A stretch of DNA of 64,000 nucleotides from Heptranchias perlo. Its lineage: Eukaryota. The stretch covers positions 36,394,001 to 36,458,000 of the forward strand of contig NC_090330.1 of assembly GCF_035084215.1 (NCBI RefSeq). Direction: 5' to 3'. The notes under the pieces are model-generated. The model saw only the letters and a list, made by a program, of their open reading frames with translations. It ran no database searches and was not told the DNA's origin. The position numbers were made by a program, and so were the translations under genes. Shown piece by piece: positions 13,635 through 26,320 of this stretch (its first letter is position 1; each line of letters starts with the position of its first letter).

Positions 13635-13885
13635 CTCACTGTGGCTGACCTACTGTGGTCATTGGAGCGCCTCCTGCACTGTATGCAGGTGGGCGATATG
13701 TTGGTGGTGCAGGTGACCCCCTCTGCCACCTCGAGCCAGGCCTTCTTGGTGGCAGAGGCAGGCCGCTTCCTCCCGCCCGCCGGGTGGGAGATCTCTGTCC
13801 TCCCCCTCCTCCTCACCCCATCTGATGATACCTGGGGTGAGGCATCATTAAACTGGGAGCAGCCTTCCCCCTGGGCTGCTCCATG
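13635..13885 (-). pseudogene. Harbinger Myb/SANT-like DNA-binding protein, first exon
   Basis: KKAWLEVAEGVTCTTNISPTCIQCRRRSND followed by a GTGAGA donor-like site. Confidence 0.8.
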
Positions 13886-16639
13886 CTGTAATTTGTTCCA
13901 TTGGTTGCAGCATCTGTAAGTGGAGGACTGCCCCTTTAACTAGAGAGCCTCCAGCTGACAGATCGTACTGCGCATGCGCAGCCCGCCCGACGCGCAGACC
14001 AGCAGCGCGGACCCCGGAGGAGCAGGTAAGTGATTCCAATAAGTGGATTGCCTGCTACGATCGCGCGGGCAACCCACTAATTTCACCGGGCGTGGAGGCC
14101 ACGCACCCGAAACCCAACCCGCCGGAAACCCGCAGGCCTGCTAAAATCAGGCCCCTTGTCTCTCTTATTCCCTTTTTTAGATCTCCTCTGTACTGTCTGT
14201 TTTCAGCCTGGTTCTCTACTGTTTTATGAACCTTACATTCATCATAAGCCTCCTTTTTCTGTTTCATTTAAGTCATCCAGGGAGCTTTAGCTTTGGGTGC
14301 CCTTCCTTTCCCCCTTGTGGGATGTGTCTACTCTGTACCTGAACCAACTCCTCCTTGATGACCTCCCATTGTTCAATTACTGTTTTGCCTACCAATTTTT
14401 AATTCCAATCCACCTGGGCATGATCCCTTTTTAACTCACTGAAATTTGCCCTCCTTCAGTTAAACATTTTCACATTTGATTTTTCCTTGTCCTTTTTCAT
14501 AACTATTCTAAACCTAATGATATTGTGATCACTGTTCCCCAAATGCTCCCCCACTGAAACATGCTCCATCTGCCCCATTTCATTCCCCAGAACTGGATCC
14601 AGCACTGTTTCCTTCCTGGTTTGACTAGAAACACACTCAGAAAGTTCTCTTGCACACATTTCAGGAATTCCTCCCCCTCTTTGCCCTTTTCTCTGTCCCA
14701 GCCAGTCTATATTGGGATAATTGAAGTCCCCCATTATCACTACCTGTATAGTTCTTGCATCTTTCTGTAATTTGCCTGCAAATGTTCTCCTCTATCTCCT
14801 TCCCACTATTTGGTGGCCTATAGTATACACCCAGTAGTGTAATAGCTCCTCTGTTGTTCCTTAATTTATAACCAAATAGATTCTGTCTTTGACCCCTCAA
14901 CTACATCATCCCTTTCCAATGTTTTAATAGTTTCTTTGATCAATACTGCCCCCCACCCCACTCATGTTCCCTCCTCCTTTCTTTCCTTCCCTTCCTTCCC
15001 TATCTTTCCTGAACACCTTGTTGCCAAGAATATTAAGTGCCGAATCCGCCCTTGTTTGAGCCAGGTCTCTGTTATTGCCACTATATCATAGTCCCACGTG
15101 CCAACTTGAGACTGAAGCTCACCAGCCTTATTTACCAATGCCATGAGTATTTATGCATATGCACTCCAATCTCATAGACTGCCTCGCATTTGCCCCCTGT
15201 TTGTTCCCTCCTATTTTTAAACTATTCTTTACTCTAGTGCTACTTGTCCCTCCCAGTCCTGTGTGCACCTTGTTTCTCCTCTCTAATATTTCATCCTGTT
15301 GCCCATCCCCCTGCCAAATTAGTTTAAACCCTCTCCCACAGCACTAGTTAACCTCTCCACAAGGACATTGGTCCCAGCTCTGTTGAGGTGCAACCCGTCC
15401 ATCATGAACAGATCCTTCCTGCCCCAGGGATTTGAAGCCCTCCCTCCTGCACCATTGCTCCAGCCATGCATTAACCTACCTTAACCTACTATTCCTTTTT
15501 GGAATAAGAGTAACATTTGTGGTTAGATTGAACCAATTTTGGATTGATGTTGGACCTTTTTTATACAATGATTCCATTCCATCATGATTATATAAAATGT
15601 TACATCTGAAAAAATTGATTAAAAAAAAAACAGTGTAGATTTATTATGCCTTCAACTTTCCACCACATATAAAGTATTTAGGTACAGATAATATTTGCAC
15701 TGATGCTAACCATTGCCCCCATATAAACAACCTTCCTAGTAACTTAGCAAGCTTAATATTTATAGGCATGCCACACTTAAATCTTAGGTTTTTGAATCAT
15801 AATGCACATTGGCTTTTTAAAACTAATGTGCATTAGGTTTCTTCATGAATTTGCCAGTTTTTATACTTCTATCCACTGAACCAACTTTATAAATATTATG
15901 ATAATGTACATCACAGTTCAGCACACATCCTATTCATTAATGCATGAAATGGTAGTGTTTTGTCTGAGATAGTATTTCAACATTATGGGTTAGGAATTAT
16001 AATCCAATAATATATAACTCTAAAAACATGTTCCTGGTTAAAAAATGATGTGATAGATGATAAAACACAAAATCAAAACAATGTAGAGCTTGGGCGTCAG
16101 TTCTGGAACTGAAAAAAAATTCCAAAAGTCAATATCCTGAAGGATGATAAGCTCCTCTGATTAATTTTAGCAAATCTTATGTAGGCTTTGTTGCTATTAA
16201 AAAACACAGGAGTTCCTTCTAAAGAGAGGACAGATTTAATGGGCATAGAAAGAGAAAAGCAAGTCCAGATATAGAAAAGTATAGTGAACCCACTGAGAAA
16301 CTGCAGTACTAAAACAAAGGAATATTGTTGCCTTAGGACCGACCTTGAAAGCAAAGCAACCAGTGATCTCTAGGACTCCTACTATTTGCAGCAAAGATGG
16401 CTGAGAAGGATTGAAAAGTGTGAAACAGTGATCAATAATAATGAGTTCCTTTAGGGCTCCTAAAGTGGATCATATGGGAACTCTATGAATTGAAAAGAGA
16501 TCATGCACAACTTGAACAAAATTAATTTCAATCTCCAAAAAATTCAGGAAGTGGCACAGAACCCTGAAAGGAATTATATATCTCTGGACTCCTACCAGAT
16601 AAACAGTACATTTTACCTTCACTGGAAGTATAACACATC

Positions 16640-17030
16640 GCCCTTGAGCCAAGTGAATTTACCCAGTGAGCAGCTGAGCTCCACAGACCATGAATCCCCA
16701 GGTTCGATCCCTGGTCTGTGCTGAGTTAGCTGATCTCAGTTAGCTGAGACCATGGTTGCAACCTACAAGTGGTTTCACTGCCCCTGGGGTAGGGAGAGGA
16801 CAACTTGCCTGCATTCCCCTGCTCTTGACCAGCATTTAGTGAACACTGATGCAAGTGCAAGTGTGGACATCAGGTAAGAACAGTATCAGACTCAGCTGCG
16901 ATACTTCCCACAGTTAACTAATCTGCCAGCATTCACTGTCAAAGCTTACCCACGAATAATAACCAGTTGGGTGAGATACCAGAGTGAAACCTGTGACTGT
17001 GGTGTAAAGCCTTTGGGAAAAGAAAGGAGG
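16640..17030 (+). mobile_element. tRNA-derived SINE (family also at 31320, 51170 and 53380)
   Basis: B-box-like ggttcgatccc followed by tggtctgtgctgagttagctgatctc, shared with the other copies in the window. Confidence 0.7.
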
Positions 17031-18328
17031 GAAGGGAGGTTAATTGGTGATATAAAGGGAAAAGGCGAAGAAGAAACAGATCACAACATTTCTCTACTGG
17101 ATCCAGTTCCATGGTGGCTAGAGCTCTGGATTAATTCTCACCTCCAAGAACCTTTGTTCTAAAAAGATAAAAATTTTGATACAGCATATATAAATGTATA
17201 TATTTGTCGTATAAAAGACCAAAACAAATTCAGTTTTGTCCAATAGAACTAAATTAAACTTTAGATTAAAGTATTTTAAATATAAGGTTTTAGGTACTTA
17301 CATTTATTAAATCACAGCCCAATCAGTAGTGGTGATTGAAACTTTTAACACTTGTTTCACAAGCAATTTTACAGCCATAGGTGAGTAGAGGTCATCTCTC
17401 TTTTTAAGGCTAGGTTTAAACTTACATTCAGAGATCGTGCTTCGCCTCTGTTTATTATAATTTAGTCACTTAGACACTTGTAATACCTTGACACGCGAAC
17501 CTGAAAGTCCCTGGGCAGCTTCCTGGGGTGGATCAGGGCAGGTCTGAACTTCCACCTGCTCTATGTTGCGCATCTGACCCCATCCAAAATCCTGAGGTCA
17601 GGGGTATCTGAATAATGTTGGCAGGCACCCATGCCATTTCTGGAAATACCAAGGTGCCAACCTCAGCGGTAGTGGGGGTGGGGGGGAGCAAGGAGCGTTT
17701 CACTTTGGCATTTTATCACAGAGTAAGAGGGCAGACTATGCTGGATGAAGAGCCTTTAATTTTTTTTTTTGAAAGGGTCCAGTTTTCAATTTGTCTCTTT
17801 CCCAGTAGCAATCAATCGCTCTGTGGAGAAACCAGCCTTTAAAAAGAACAACAGGAACCACTTCTATCAGGATGTGGCCCTGGCATCTCGGTACATCTGC
17901 TTTATACTTCATGCAGGCATCCATAGCACTAGTGACAAAGAAGGCAGAACTGGTGGGATTCATCATCCCACCCATCCTGCCTTTTAATGTGACTAAAACA
18001 TGAAACTGAGCGGGCACAACAAGCACTTTGGATGGAATTTTGATCAGGCCACAAAAAGAGGCGGAGACACAGGAACCATCCATCCAAATAACAGTGGCTT
18101 TATTTGACAGTACCCCCAGGTTTTCAGTGCTGTAGTTTTGGAACAATCTTATTTTGATAAGCTACAGTTTTTCTATTGCTCAGTACAGCCATATGCAAAT
18201 GATAGCAAATATGTCCCCTTATTCAAGAATATTGCAATGCAAATTGACTTTTTTCTACACTTTCAGTGCCACAAAGCTGACAAACAGCTGTAGACATGAG
18301 ACCAGAAACTGGGTACAACACCCACTGC

Positions 18329-19186
18329 GGGGCTGGAATTTGAGGCAGAACTCGGCAGTGTCAGGTTTCCCCATCTACCTCCTGCTCTAAATTCTAGTCG
18401 GGAGTGGGGTGCGGGCAAATCTTCCATCCACCACCCTAAGCAAGGGGACATGTCTGAGGAAGTTCTGGGCTACCCCAGGAATTCCATCCATTATGCCCTA
18501 GTAAGACCTCAACAGAATTCTTATCAGGAGCTCAAGATTTATATTTATTATTCATTCTGGGGATGTAGGTGACGCTGACAAGGCTGGCATTTATTGCCCA
18601 AGTTGCCCTGAGAAGGTAGGTGTGGGCTTTCTTCTTGAACCACTGCAGTGTTGCAGTTTTGCTACAACTGAACGGCTTGCTAGGCCACTTTAAAGGATGG
18701 TTAAGGGTCAACCACATTGGTAGGACAGCAGTCACATATAGGGCAGACCACATAAGGACGGCAGGTTTTCTTCCCTAAAGGACATTGGTGAACCAGTTGG
18801 GTTTTTACAACAACCCAACAGCTTCATGGACCATATTTTAAAAAATGAATTCAAACTCTCAACCTGCCATAGTGGAATTTGAACTCACATACTCTGAATT
18901 ATTTGTCCAGGTCTATGTATTACTAGTTCAAGGGCATATCTGCTACACTACCATACCGCTTTAAAATACCTGAGTTTATACTTGGCACAGAAACGATCTC
19001 GGGGTTCTTTTAAAAGAGTGTCTGTGGGCCACTTGGTCTTTCAGCACCCTGATAGCACGGCCTGCCTGTCCCGACCATTCAAATGATCCCGTCCCCTGGA
19101 TTTGGGTGGGGTCTGCACCATCATGGATGGACAGGAGTTCCACTCCACCACACATATGCCAGCAGGACCTCTGGAATTTAAAGCCT
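18329..19186. mobile_element. Harbinger-type MITE relic hosting a SINE
   Basis: Ends gggctggaattt / gaatttaaagcc resemble the other GGGC..GAATTT termini in the window. Confidence 0.45.
18540..18957 (-). mobile_element. tRNA-derived SINE with a 3' tail shared with the 32866-type LINE family
   Basis: Head has gagttcaaattcc (B-box-like). Tail ggttcaagaag...ttctcagggcaa...gggcaataaatgccagcc matches 34425-34525. Confidence 0.8.
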
Positions 19187-19335
19187 ATAAAGACTAGGTA
19201 ATGTACTCATTCTGCCCATTTTGTGTTGTAATTGATCACCTCATGCCCAGTTAATCACTTCTAATAAACAAAACAAACCACTCACTTAATTAAATTATTT
19301 AATGGTCAATTCAATAGTAATTAAGCAATCAGATA

Positions 19336-19496
19336 AGCCCTGATTTTAACCTAATGCGCCCGCGATAATAGGGCCAGGTCGGGTCGGACTCCCAATTTGC
19401 ACCCCACTCGATTTTTGGGTCCATTGAAATCTATAAAATCAGGTGCAGCCCAAAAGCGCCCCATTCTCACCAGGTTCGTTAGGTTAAATTCGGAGC
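19336..19496. mobile_element. ~160-bp MITE
   Basis: Inverted ends ctgattttaaccta / taggttaaattcgg. Confidence 0.6.
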
Positions 19497-19844
19497 TGTC
19501 GAATAGATTCCAGTACAAACAAAGAACATCTAAAACTGTGCAGTGTTGACCTCAATAATAATAAATCGCAGTGGAAGCTAGTGCTTCCTAATACCAATGT
19601 TCAATGGCCCTGATCTTTGAAGATTGGAGTGCGAGCTAAATAGCACTTCTGTTTAACAAGCTATTGTCTCAGCCCTATGGAGTCAATCCTTTCAAAATGG
19701 CCTGTCAGCAATCACAACTGATCTTCCTTCAGTCCAGAATTCTTTATTACAACCTCACTTTTTCTGTCTTCACAGATGGCTGCACCTATCTATCCCATTC
19801 CAGTCTTCTAAAGTATCAATTTATTAAAACTCAGAACTTCCCCA

Positions 19845-20430
19845 GGATAGCTAATACACAACCTTAGTTAGACCACACTTGGAGTACTGTGAACAGTTCT
19901 GGTCTCTATATTATATAAAGGATGTAGAGGCACTGGAGAATGTGCAAAAAAGACTTACAAAGCTGATACCAGAACTGAGAGGTTATACCTATCAAGAAAG
20001 ATTGAATAGACGGGGGCTCTTTTCTTTGGAAAAGAAAAGGCTAAGGGTGACCTGATCAAGATCTTTAAGATTATGAAAAGGTTTGATGGGACAGGCATAG
20101 AGAAGATGTTTCCACTTGCGGGAGAGACCAAAACTAGGGACCATAAATATAAGAGAGTCACTAATAAATCCAATAGGGAATTCAGGAGAAACTTCTTTAC
20201 CCAGAGAGTGGTAAGAATGTGGAACTCGCTACCACAAGGAGTAGTTGAGAAGAAAACCATGGATGCATTTAAAGGAAAGCTAGATAATTAAATAAGGGAG
20301 AAAGGAATAGAAGGTTATGCTGATAGGGTTAGTTCAAGAGGGGTGGGAGGAGGCTCGTGTGGAGCATAAACACCGGCACGGACCAGTTGGGCCGAATGGT
20401 CTGTTACTGTGCTGTACATTCTATGTACTG
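19845..20430 (+). mobile_element. CR1 3' fragment
   Basis: RPHLEYCEQFWS, RRNFFTQRVVRMWNSLP and the 3' UTR. Confidence 0.9.
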
Positions 20431-20642
20431 TATTATTCTATCCCCACTTTATACCTTCACAACCAAAACCCCAATTCAACTCCTGACCACTCCATCAAGC
20501 CTCAAAGTTGCTGTGATATGATTTAACATCACAAGGATGTCAGCAGGTGTTACAATCAAACTGAGCTCACTCAGATATCGAAAGTTTTATCAAACTGACC
20601 CAAATCAAAACCTCAGCTGGCTGAGTGAAGATTAAACAGATT

Positions 20643-21297
20643 GGCCTAGAAATTCAGGCACATCCATTTTTGGTACAATCCTTGTGCTTGAATGGTGAGG
20701 CCAAAGGCGCCCCCAATATTGCCCCTCAGGCTTCATTTTCATCGAGCCAGTGAGCAACCGAGAGTAACAGGCAGCTCGCTGGTGAAGCAGGGTTGAAGTT
20801 CAGGCCATTGCAATGGCAGCAGTGGCCCTAAGGTAAGTGAGGAAGGGAGCGATTGGGTCGGGAAGTAGCGGTGGCTGAGGGTAGAGCGGTGGCAATCAGT
20901 GGGGGGGGGTTGGGCAGTTGTCAGCGTCCCACGTTCTTTTAATGCGGGATTGAGAGGAGCACTTCTACCCCTCCCAGCACCACTTTCAGGTAAGCATATT
21001 TTAAAACTGCAACATATTGATTGCGGCCTTGTGGGCCTAGTTTTCCTGAGTGCCACGAGACAAACCACTCTTGCAACGAGAGCCTCATACGGCTGTTAGG
21101 CCCCTTATTTGCATATGCAAAGGGCCGGAAGCCTGTTTCAAGCATGGGCACTGCACATCAATTTTTTGGCCTTTACCAATATGGCAGGTGGTGCACTGCC
21201 AGCTCGTAATGAGCGTGGGCGTCCTGCTCACCATATTGGAGGCTGAGGAGGCCATCTAGCACCCAAGAAATGAGCACTGCAGCCCAATTTCTAGGCC
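20643..21297. mobile_element. Harbinger-type MITE
   Basis: Perfect 12-bp TIR ggcctagaaatt / aatttctaggcc. Confidence 0.8.
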
Positions 21298-22559
21298 AAT
21301 TGTTTTTTAAATGTGCAATTGTGCAGGACGTTGCACAATGATGCTTCCCCTAATCTTTGGTGATTGGCATTCCAATTTTGATTTATAATGGTTTAGGTAA
21401 CTAACAAGAAAAATAATTATAGATGCCTGTCTATGCTTAAATGGTAAGCGATTTCTTCCTGCTGCCAATTGAGCTTTTGTCCAAAAGAATTCCACGAAAA
21501 CTGGATTAATATTTGCAGTGAAGTTGGAAATTGTCAAGACAGAAGGATGTTTTATGTTTATTTTTTTCTGGATTTTTCAAAAGCCTTCAATACTAATCAA
21601 ATGAAGTGCATTCCCAGGCCCCAAACTAAAAAGCCCATGCTGAGTCCCATCAGCATGATTGAAACATTATTAAACAGTCTCTACGTTATTTAAAACACTC
21701 AAGGCATATTGAAAGTATATGAATGATTTATGTTGTAGCCATCAACCGATTGTTGCTATGAATAAGAGCTTCTAGCCACCACAGATGTGCCAAACAAGAA
21801 ATTGTTAATGTTGCCAGAAAGGTGATACTATATTTCACCTTGTAAAACATATACAACACTTCTTCTGGCTGTTATGATTCTGGTGAGTATGATTTTTTTA
21901 ATCAAACTCATGTTCTGTTATTTTGGATGTTACGGTCCTTATTATTAGTGAACAACAACAACTTGCATTTCTATAGCGCCTTTAACCTAGTAAAACATTA
22001 TATAATGTGCACTTCAGAAATATAAGTGTGAGTCCTGTTAAGCACATATTAATTAATATTCTTGGTCCATGAGCTGACACGTTTGTATAAATTCAATACA
22101 ATCAGTTTCATTCCATTCAAAATTTTTGCCCTTGCGTTCAAGTCTTATACAGTCTATTCAACCTGCTACGGATTCTAACCAAGGTATTGAATCTTTTGAG
22201 AAAACATTCTCACTCCTGAAGGTAAAAAGCCAGGTTATCTATTGACCCAAATTATTTAATCTTGGCTGATTCATTCCCACAGCTAATGTTCAATTCCAGC
22301 AGCAAAGAAACCATTGACCTCTGTGGAATATTTCATCTTATCTTTAACCTTCAATAATATCCTAGCCAGATATTGATCTGCTTTTTATTGAAAAAAGAGT
22401 GTATCGAAAAGATATCAACTGTCTTTCTATGGCTCAATCCAAGTTAAATAGTCCCCCAGCGCTTTAAAGGCATGGATCATGTTCCCTCTAGTCTTCTCTT
22501 CTACATTGAAAACCAGTGCAATTCTGAGTTTCTCCTCGCAAACAAAAGCTCAGTTTTGG

Positions 22560-22900
22560 GATCCCTTCTTCAGGAAGAATGTCACGGCCATGGGGAGGAT
22601 ATAAAAGAAGATTCGTTAAGATGATATAAGGGATTAGAGGCTTTAGTTATGAGGACAGACAAGAGAAACTGGTGTTTTCATTAAAACAGAGTGCTAACAC
22701 GTAATCTGATGCACGTGTTCAAATCACGAAAGATTTCATAAGGTAAATAAGTAAAAACTATTTCCACTGGTTAATGAGTTAGCAACTAAAGGGTATAAAT
22801 TCAAAGTCATCACCAAAAGAATGAAGGAAAAAGATAGAAGATTTTTTTTAAATAGAAAGGGTGTTAGGTCATGATTTTAATGATTCCACAATCAACAATG
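22560..22900 (+). mobile_element. Old CR1 3' fragment
   Basis: Degenerate FSYEDR.EKL, KLFPLV and FF..RV motifs. Confidence 0.6.
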
Positions 22901-23084
22901 TCAATCTTCTTGGATCCTTCATGGACACATCAATCTCCTTTTAAAGTAGGTTGTCTAAAATTGCACACAACATTCTAAATTTGATTTCCCAAATGAACTA
23001 TACACAATTAAAATAATGTGTTTGTAATTATATTCTAATGTCTTTAGACATAATTAGGCCTGTTCAAAGAGAGAGGGAGAGAGG

Positions 23085-24232
23085 AGACAAACCAGAAAGG
23101 GGGCAGGCCATATTAGATATAATAATGAGTAATAAGCCAGATTTAGTTGACAGCCGAATGGTGTGTGAACATTTATCTAATAGCGACCATATGATCGAGT
23201 TCAACGTTGTATTTGAAAGGGAGAAACCTGTATCAGCTACTAAGATTCTAAATTTAGGTAAGGCCGACTTCAATGGGATGAGACAGAGACTGTCCGCAGT
23301 AAACTGGGCAATGGATAAAACGACAGAAGATCAGTGGGAGGTGTTCAAAAAAGAATTTAAAGTGACGCAGAACCAGTTTATACCCCAAGGGGCAAGAGCT
23401 CTACTTGCCAAAAAAAACAGCCATGGATGACTAAAGAGGTAAGGGACAACATAAAACTAAAAGAGAAAGCGTACAAAAATGTAAATAGCACAGATCCTAG
23501 TGACTGGGAGAGATACAAAGAACAGCAAAGGGTGACAAAACAGATAGTAAGAGCTACAAAAGGGAGTATGAATAGAAACTTGCAAGGGATATCAAAATCA
23601 ACAAAAACATTTTTTACAATTATATTAGGAAAAAGAGGGAGGTCAAGAGCAATGTGAGCCCCTTAAAAATTGATAATGGTGATATTGTAAATGAAAATAA
23701 GGAAATGGCGGACGTGTTAAATAATTACTTTGTGTCTGTATTTACAGCAGAGGAAGAGAATAGCTTGCTGAACACCCCATGGAAACTAATTTTGAATCAG
23801 GGGCGGGAGCTCACCATAATTAACGTAAGCAAATTAACTGTAATGAAGAAATTAATGGCACTAAAAAGTGACAAATCCCCAGGACCAGATGGTTTCCATC
23901 CGAGGGTTTTAAAGGAAGTAGGTGAGAACATTGCAGATGCCCTAACTGTAATCTTCCAAAGTTCCCTCGATTCAGGAACCGTTCCTTTAGATTGGAAAGT
24001 TGCACATGTCACTCAAATGTTTAAGAAAGGGGAGGGAGGGAAACCAGGGAATTACAGACCAGTTAGCCTAACATTTGTTGTCAGGTTATTACTAGAGTCT
24101 ATAATTAAGGATAGAGTGACTGAACACCTTGAAAATTTTCAGCTGATCAGAGAGAGTAAGGATGGATTTGTAAAGGGTAGTTTGTGCCTGACGAACCTGA
24201 TTGAATGTTTTGAAGCGGTGACTAAAGTAGTG
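23085..24232 (+). mobile_element. Host CR1, 5' part (endonuclease end to RT start)
   Basis: LSNSDH, KSPGPDGFHPRVLKE, NYRPVSLT and CLTNLIE. Confidence 0.92.
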
Positions 24233-24834
24233 GAACATAGGAACAGGAGTAGGCCATTCAGCCCCTCATGCCTACTCCACCATTTGATAAGATCATGGCT
24301 GATCTGTGATCTAACTCCATATACCTGCCTTTGGCCCATATCCCTTAATACCTTTGGTTGCCAAAAAGCTATCTATCTCACATTTAAATTTAGCAATTGA
24401 GCTAGTATCAATTGCCGTTTGCGGAAGAGAGTTCCAAACTTCTACTACCCTTTGTGTGTAGAAATGTTTTCTAATCTCACTCCTGGACGGTCTGGCTCTA
24501 ATTTTTAGACTGTGCCCCCTACTCCTAGAATCCCCAACCAGTGGAAATAGTTTCTCTCTATCCACCCTCTCTGTTCCCCTTAATATCTTATAGACTTCGA
24601 TCAGATCACCCCTTAACCTTCTAAACTCTAGAGAATACAACCCCAATTTGTGTAATCTCTCCTCATAACTTAATCCTTGAAGTCCGGGTATCATTCTAGT
24701 AAACCTACGCTGCACTCCCTCCAAGGCCAATATGTCCTTCCAAAGGTGGGGTGCCCAGAACTGCTTACAGTACTCCAGGTGCGGTCTAACCAGGGTTTTG
24801 TATAGCTGCAGCATAACTTCTGCCCCCTTGTACT
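24233..24834 (-). mobile_element. Young CR1 3' segment, inverted relative to its flanks
   Basis: Open frame YKGAEVMLQLYKTLVRPHLEYC...GYGPKAGIWS plus the tail; closely matches 39525-40037. Confidence 0.95.
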
Positions 24835-26092
24835 TAAGGATAGGGTGACTGAACACCTCGAGAGACAGCATGGATTTGTGCCTGACAAACCTGATTGAAT
24901 TTTTTGAAGAGGTGACTAAAGTAGTGGTCAGGGGAATGTCAATGGATGTTATTTATATGGACTTCCAGAAGGCATTTGATAAGGTCCCACATAAGAGACT
25001 GTTAGCTAAGTTAGAAGCCCATGGAATCGAGGGAAAAGTACGGACTTGGTTAGGAAATTGGCTGAGCGAAAGGCGACAGAGAGTAGGGACAATGGGTAAG
25101 TATTCACATTGGCAGGATGTGACTAGTGGAGTCCAGCAGGGATCTGTCTTGGGGCCTCAATTATTCACAATATTTATTAACGACTTAGATGAAGGCATAG
25201 AAAGTCTCATATCTAAGTTTGCCGATGACACAAAGATTGGTGGCATTGTAAGCAGTGTAGATGAAAACATAAAATTACAAAGCGATATTGATAGATTAGG
25301 TGAATGGGCAAAACTGTGGCAGATGGAATTCAATGTGAACAAATGTGAGGTCATCCACTTTGGATCAAAAAAGGATAGAAAAGGGTACTTTCTAAATGGT
25401 AAAAAGTTAAAAACAGTGGATGTCCAAAGGGACTTAGGGGTTCAGGTATATAGATCATTGAAGTGCCATGAACAGGTGCAGAAAATAATCAAAAAGGCTA
25501 ATGGAATGCTGGCCTTTATATCTAGAGGACTAGAGTACAAGGGGGTAGAAGTTATGCTACAGCTACACAAAGCCCTGGTTAGACCACCCCTGGAGTACTG
25601 TGTTCAGTTCTGGGCACCGCACCTTCGGAAGGATATATTTGCCTTGGGGGATTAAATTACAAGGAGAGATTACACAAACTAGGGGTGTATTCCCTAGAAT
25701 TTAGAAGATTAAGGGGTGATTTGAATGAATTTTCAAGATATTAAGGGGAACTGATAGGGTGGATAGAGAGAAACTATTTCTGCTGGTTGGGGAGTCTAGG
25801 ACCAGGGGATATAACCTAAAAATTGGAGCCAGGACTTTCAGGAATGAAGTTAGGAAACACTTCTACATGCAAAGGGTGGTAGAAGTTTGGAACTATCTTC
25901 CATAAACGGCAGTTAATGCTAGCTCAATTGTTAATTTTAAATCTGAAATTAATAGATTTTTGTTAACAAAAGGTATTAAAGGATATGGGGCTACGACAGG
26001 TATATGGAGTTAGGTCACAGATTAGCCATAATCTCATTGAATGGCGGAACAGGCTTGAGGGGCTAAATGGTCTATTCCTGTTCCTATATTCC
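24834..26092 (+). mobile_element. Chimeric CR1 RT and 3' end: young subfamily to about 25540, older subfamily after
   Basis: 24900-25540 matches 38891-39530. 25546-26092 has the diagnostic bases of 47090-47668 (gggggtagaa, gctacag, tgttcag, ggggctacgacagg). Confidence 0.9.
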
Positions 26093-26099
26093 TAACAGA

Positions 26100-26320
26100 G
26101 AAGCAAAAGAGATGGACAGGAATAACAAGCCAAAGCAAAGGGGGGAAAGGCAGGGTCAGTAAAATCGTAGAGAGAAATAGAAGGAACAAAGCAACAAAAG
26201 ATATTCAAAGGAAGATTTAAAAGCAGGAAAATAAGAACAAAGTAAGAAAGAATGAGAACAAAGAAAAACAATATTGAAGCAAAGTAGAAGGCAAGAGAAA
26301 ATACAAATCTAAACAGCAAG
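26100..26320. repeat. Purine-rich (A/G) low-complexity tract
   Basis: Runs of aagaaa, aacaaa and gagaaa with no regular unit. Confidence 0.6.

Larger units (their letters stand above)
12105..14155. mobile_element. Internally deleted PIF/Harbinger DNA transposon
   Basis: Imperfect TIRs (g)ggctcgattttacc / ctaaaatcaggcccc, flanked by TTG/TTG. The CR1 rejoins across it. Carries convergent transposase and Myb/SANT remnants and is CpG-rich. Confidence 0.9.
10240..15495 (-). mobile_element. Long CR1 LINE (ORF1 3' remnant, APE endonuclease, RT, 3' tail), frameshifted and split by a Harbinger element
   Basis: ORF track shows IVAITETWL, GVYYRPP, IMGDFNYPNIDW, NYRPVSLTS, YMDFQNAF, KFSDDTK and LRGDLIEVFK. 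Confidence 0.95.

Noticed and set aside
15480-15605. Minus-strand exon after a strong acceptor
   Set aside because: There is no donor before the sequence runs into CR1 ORF1, and the peptide is unrecognisable.
16690-16720. tRNA genes (also 53735 and 18870)
   Set aside because: Only B-box-like SINE heads are present, with no cloverleaf.
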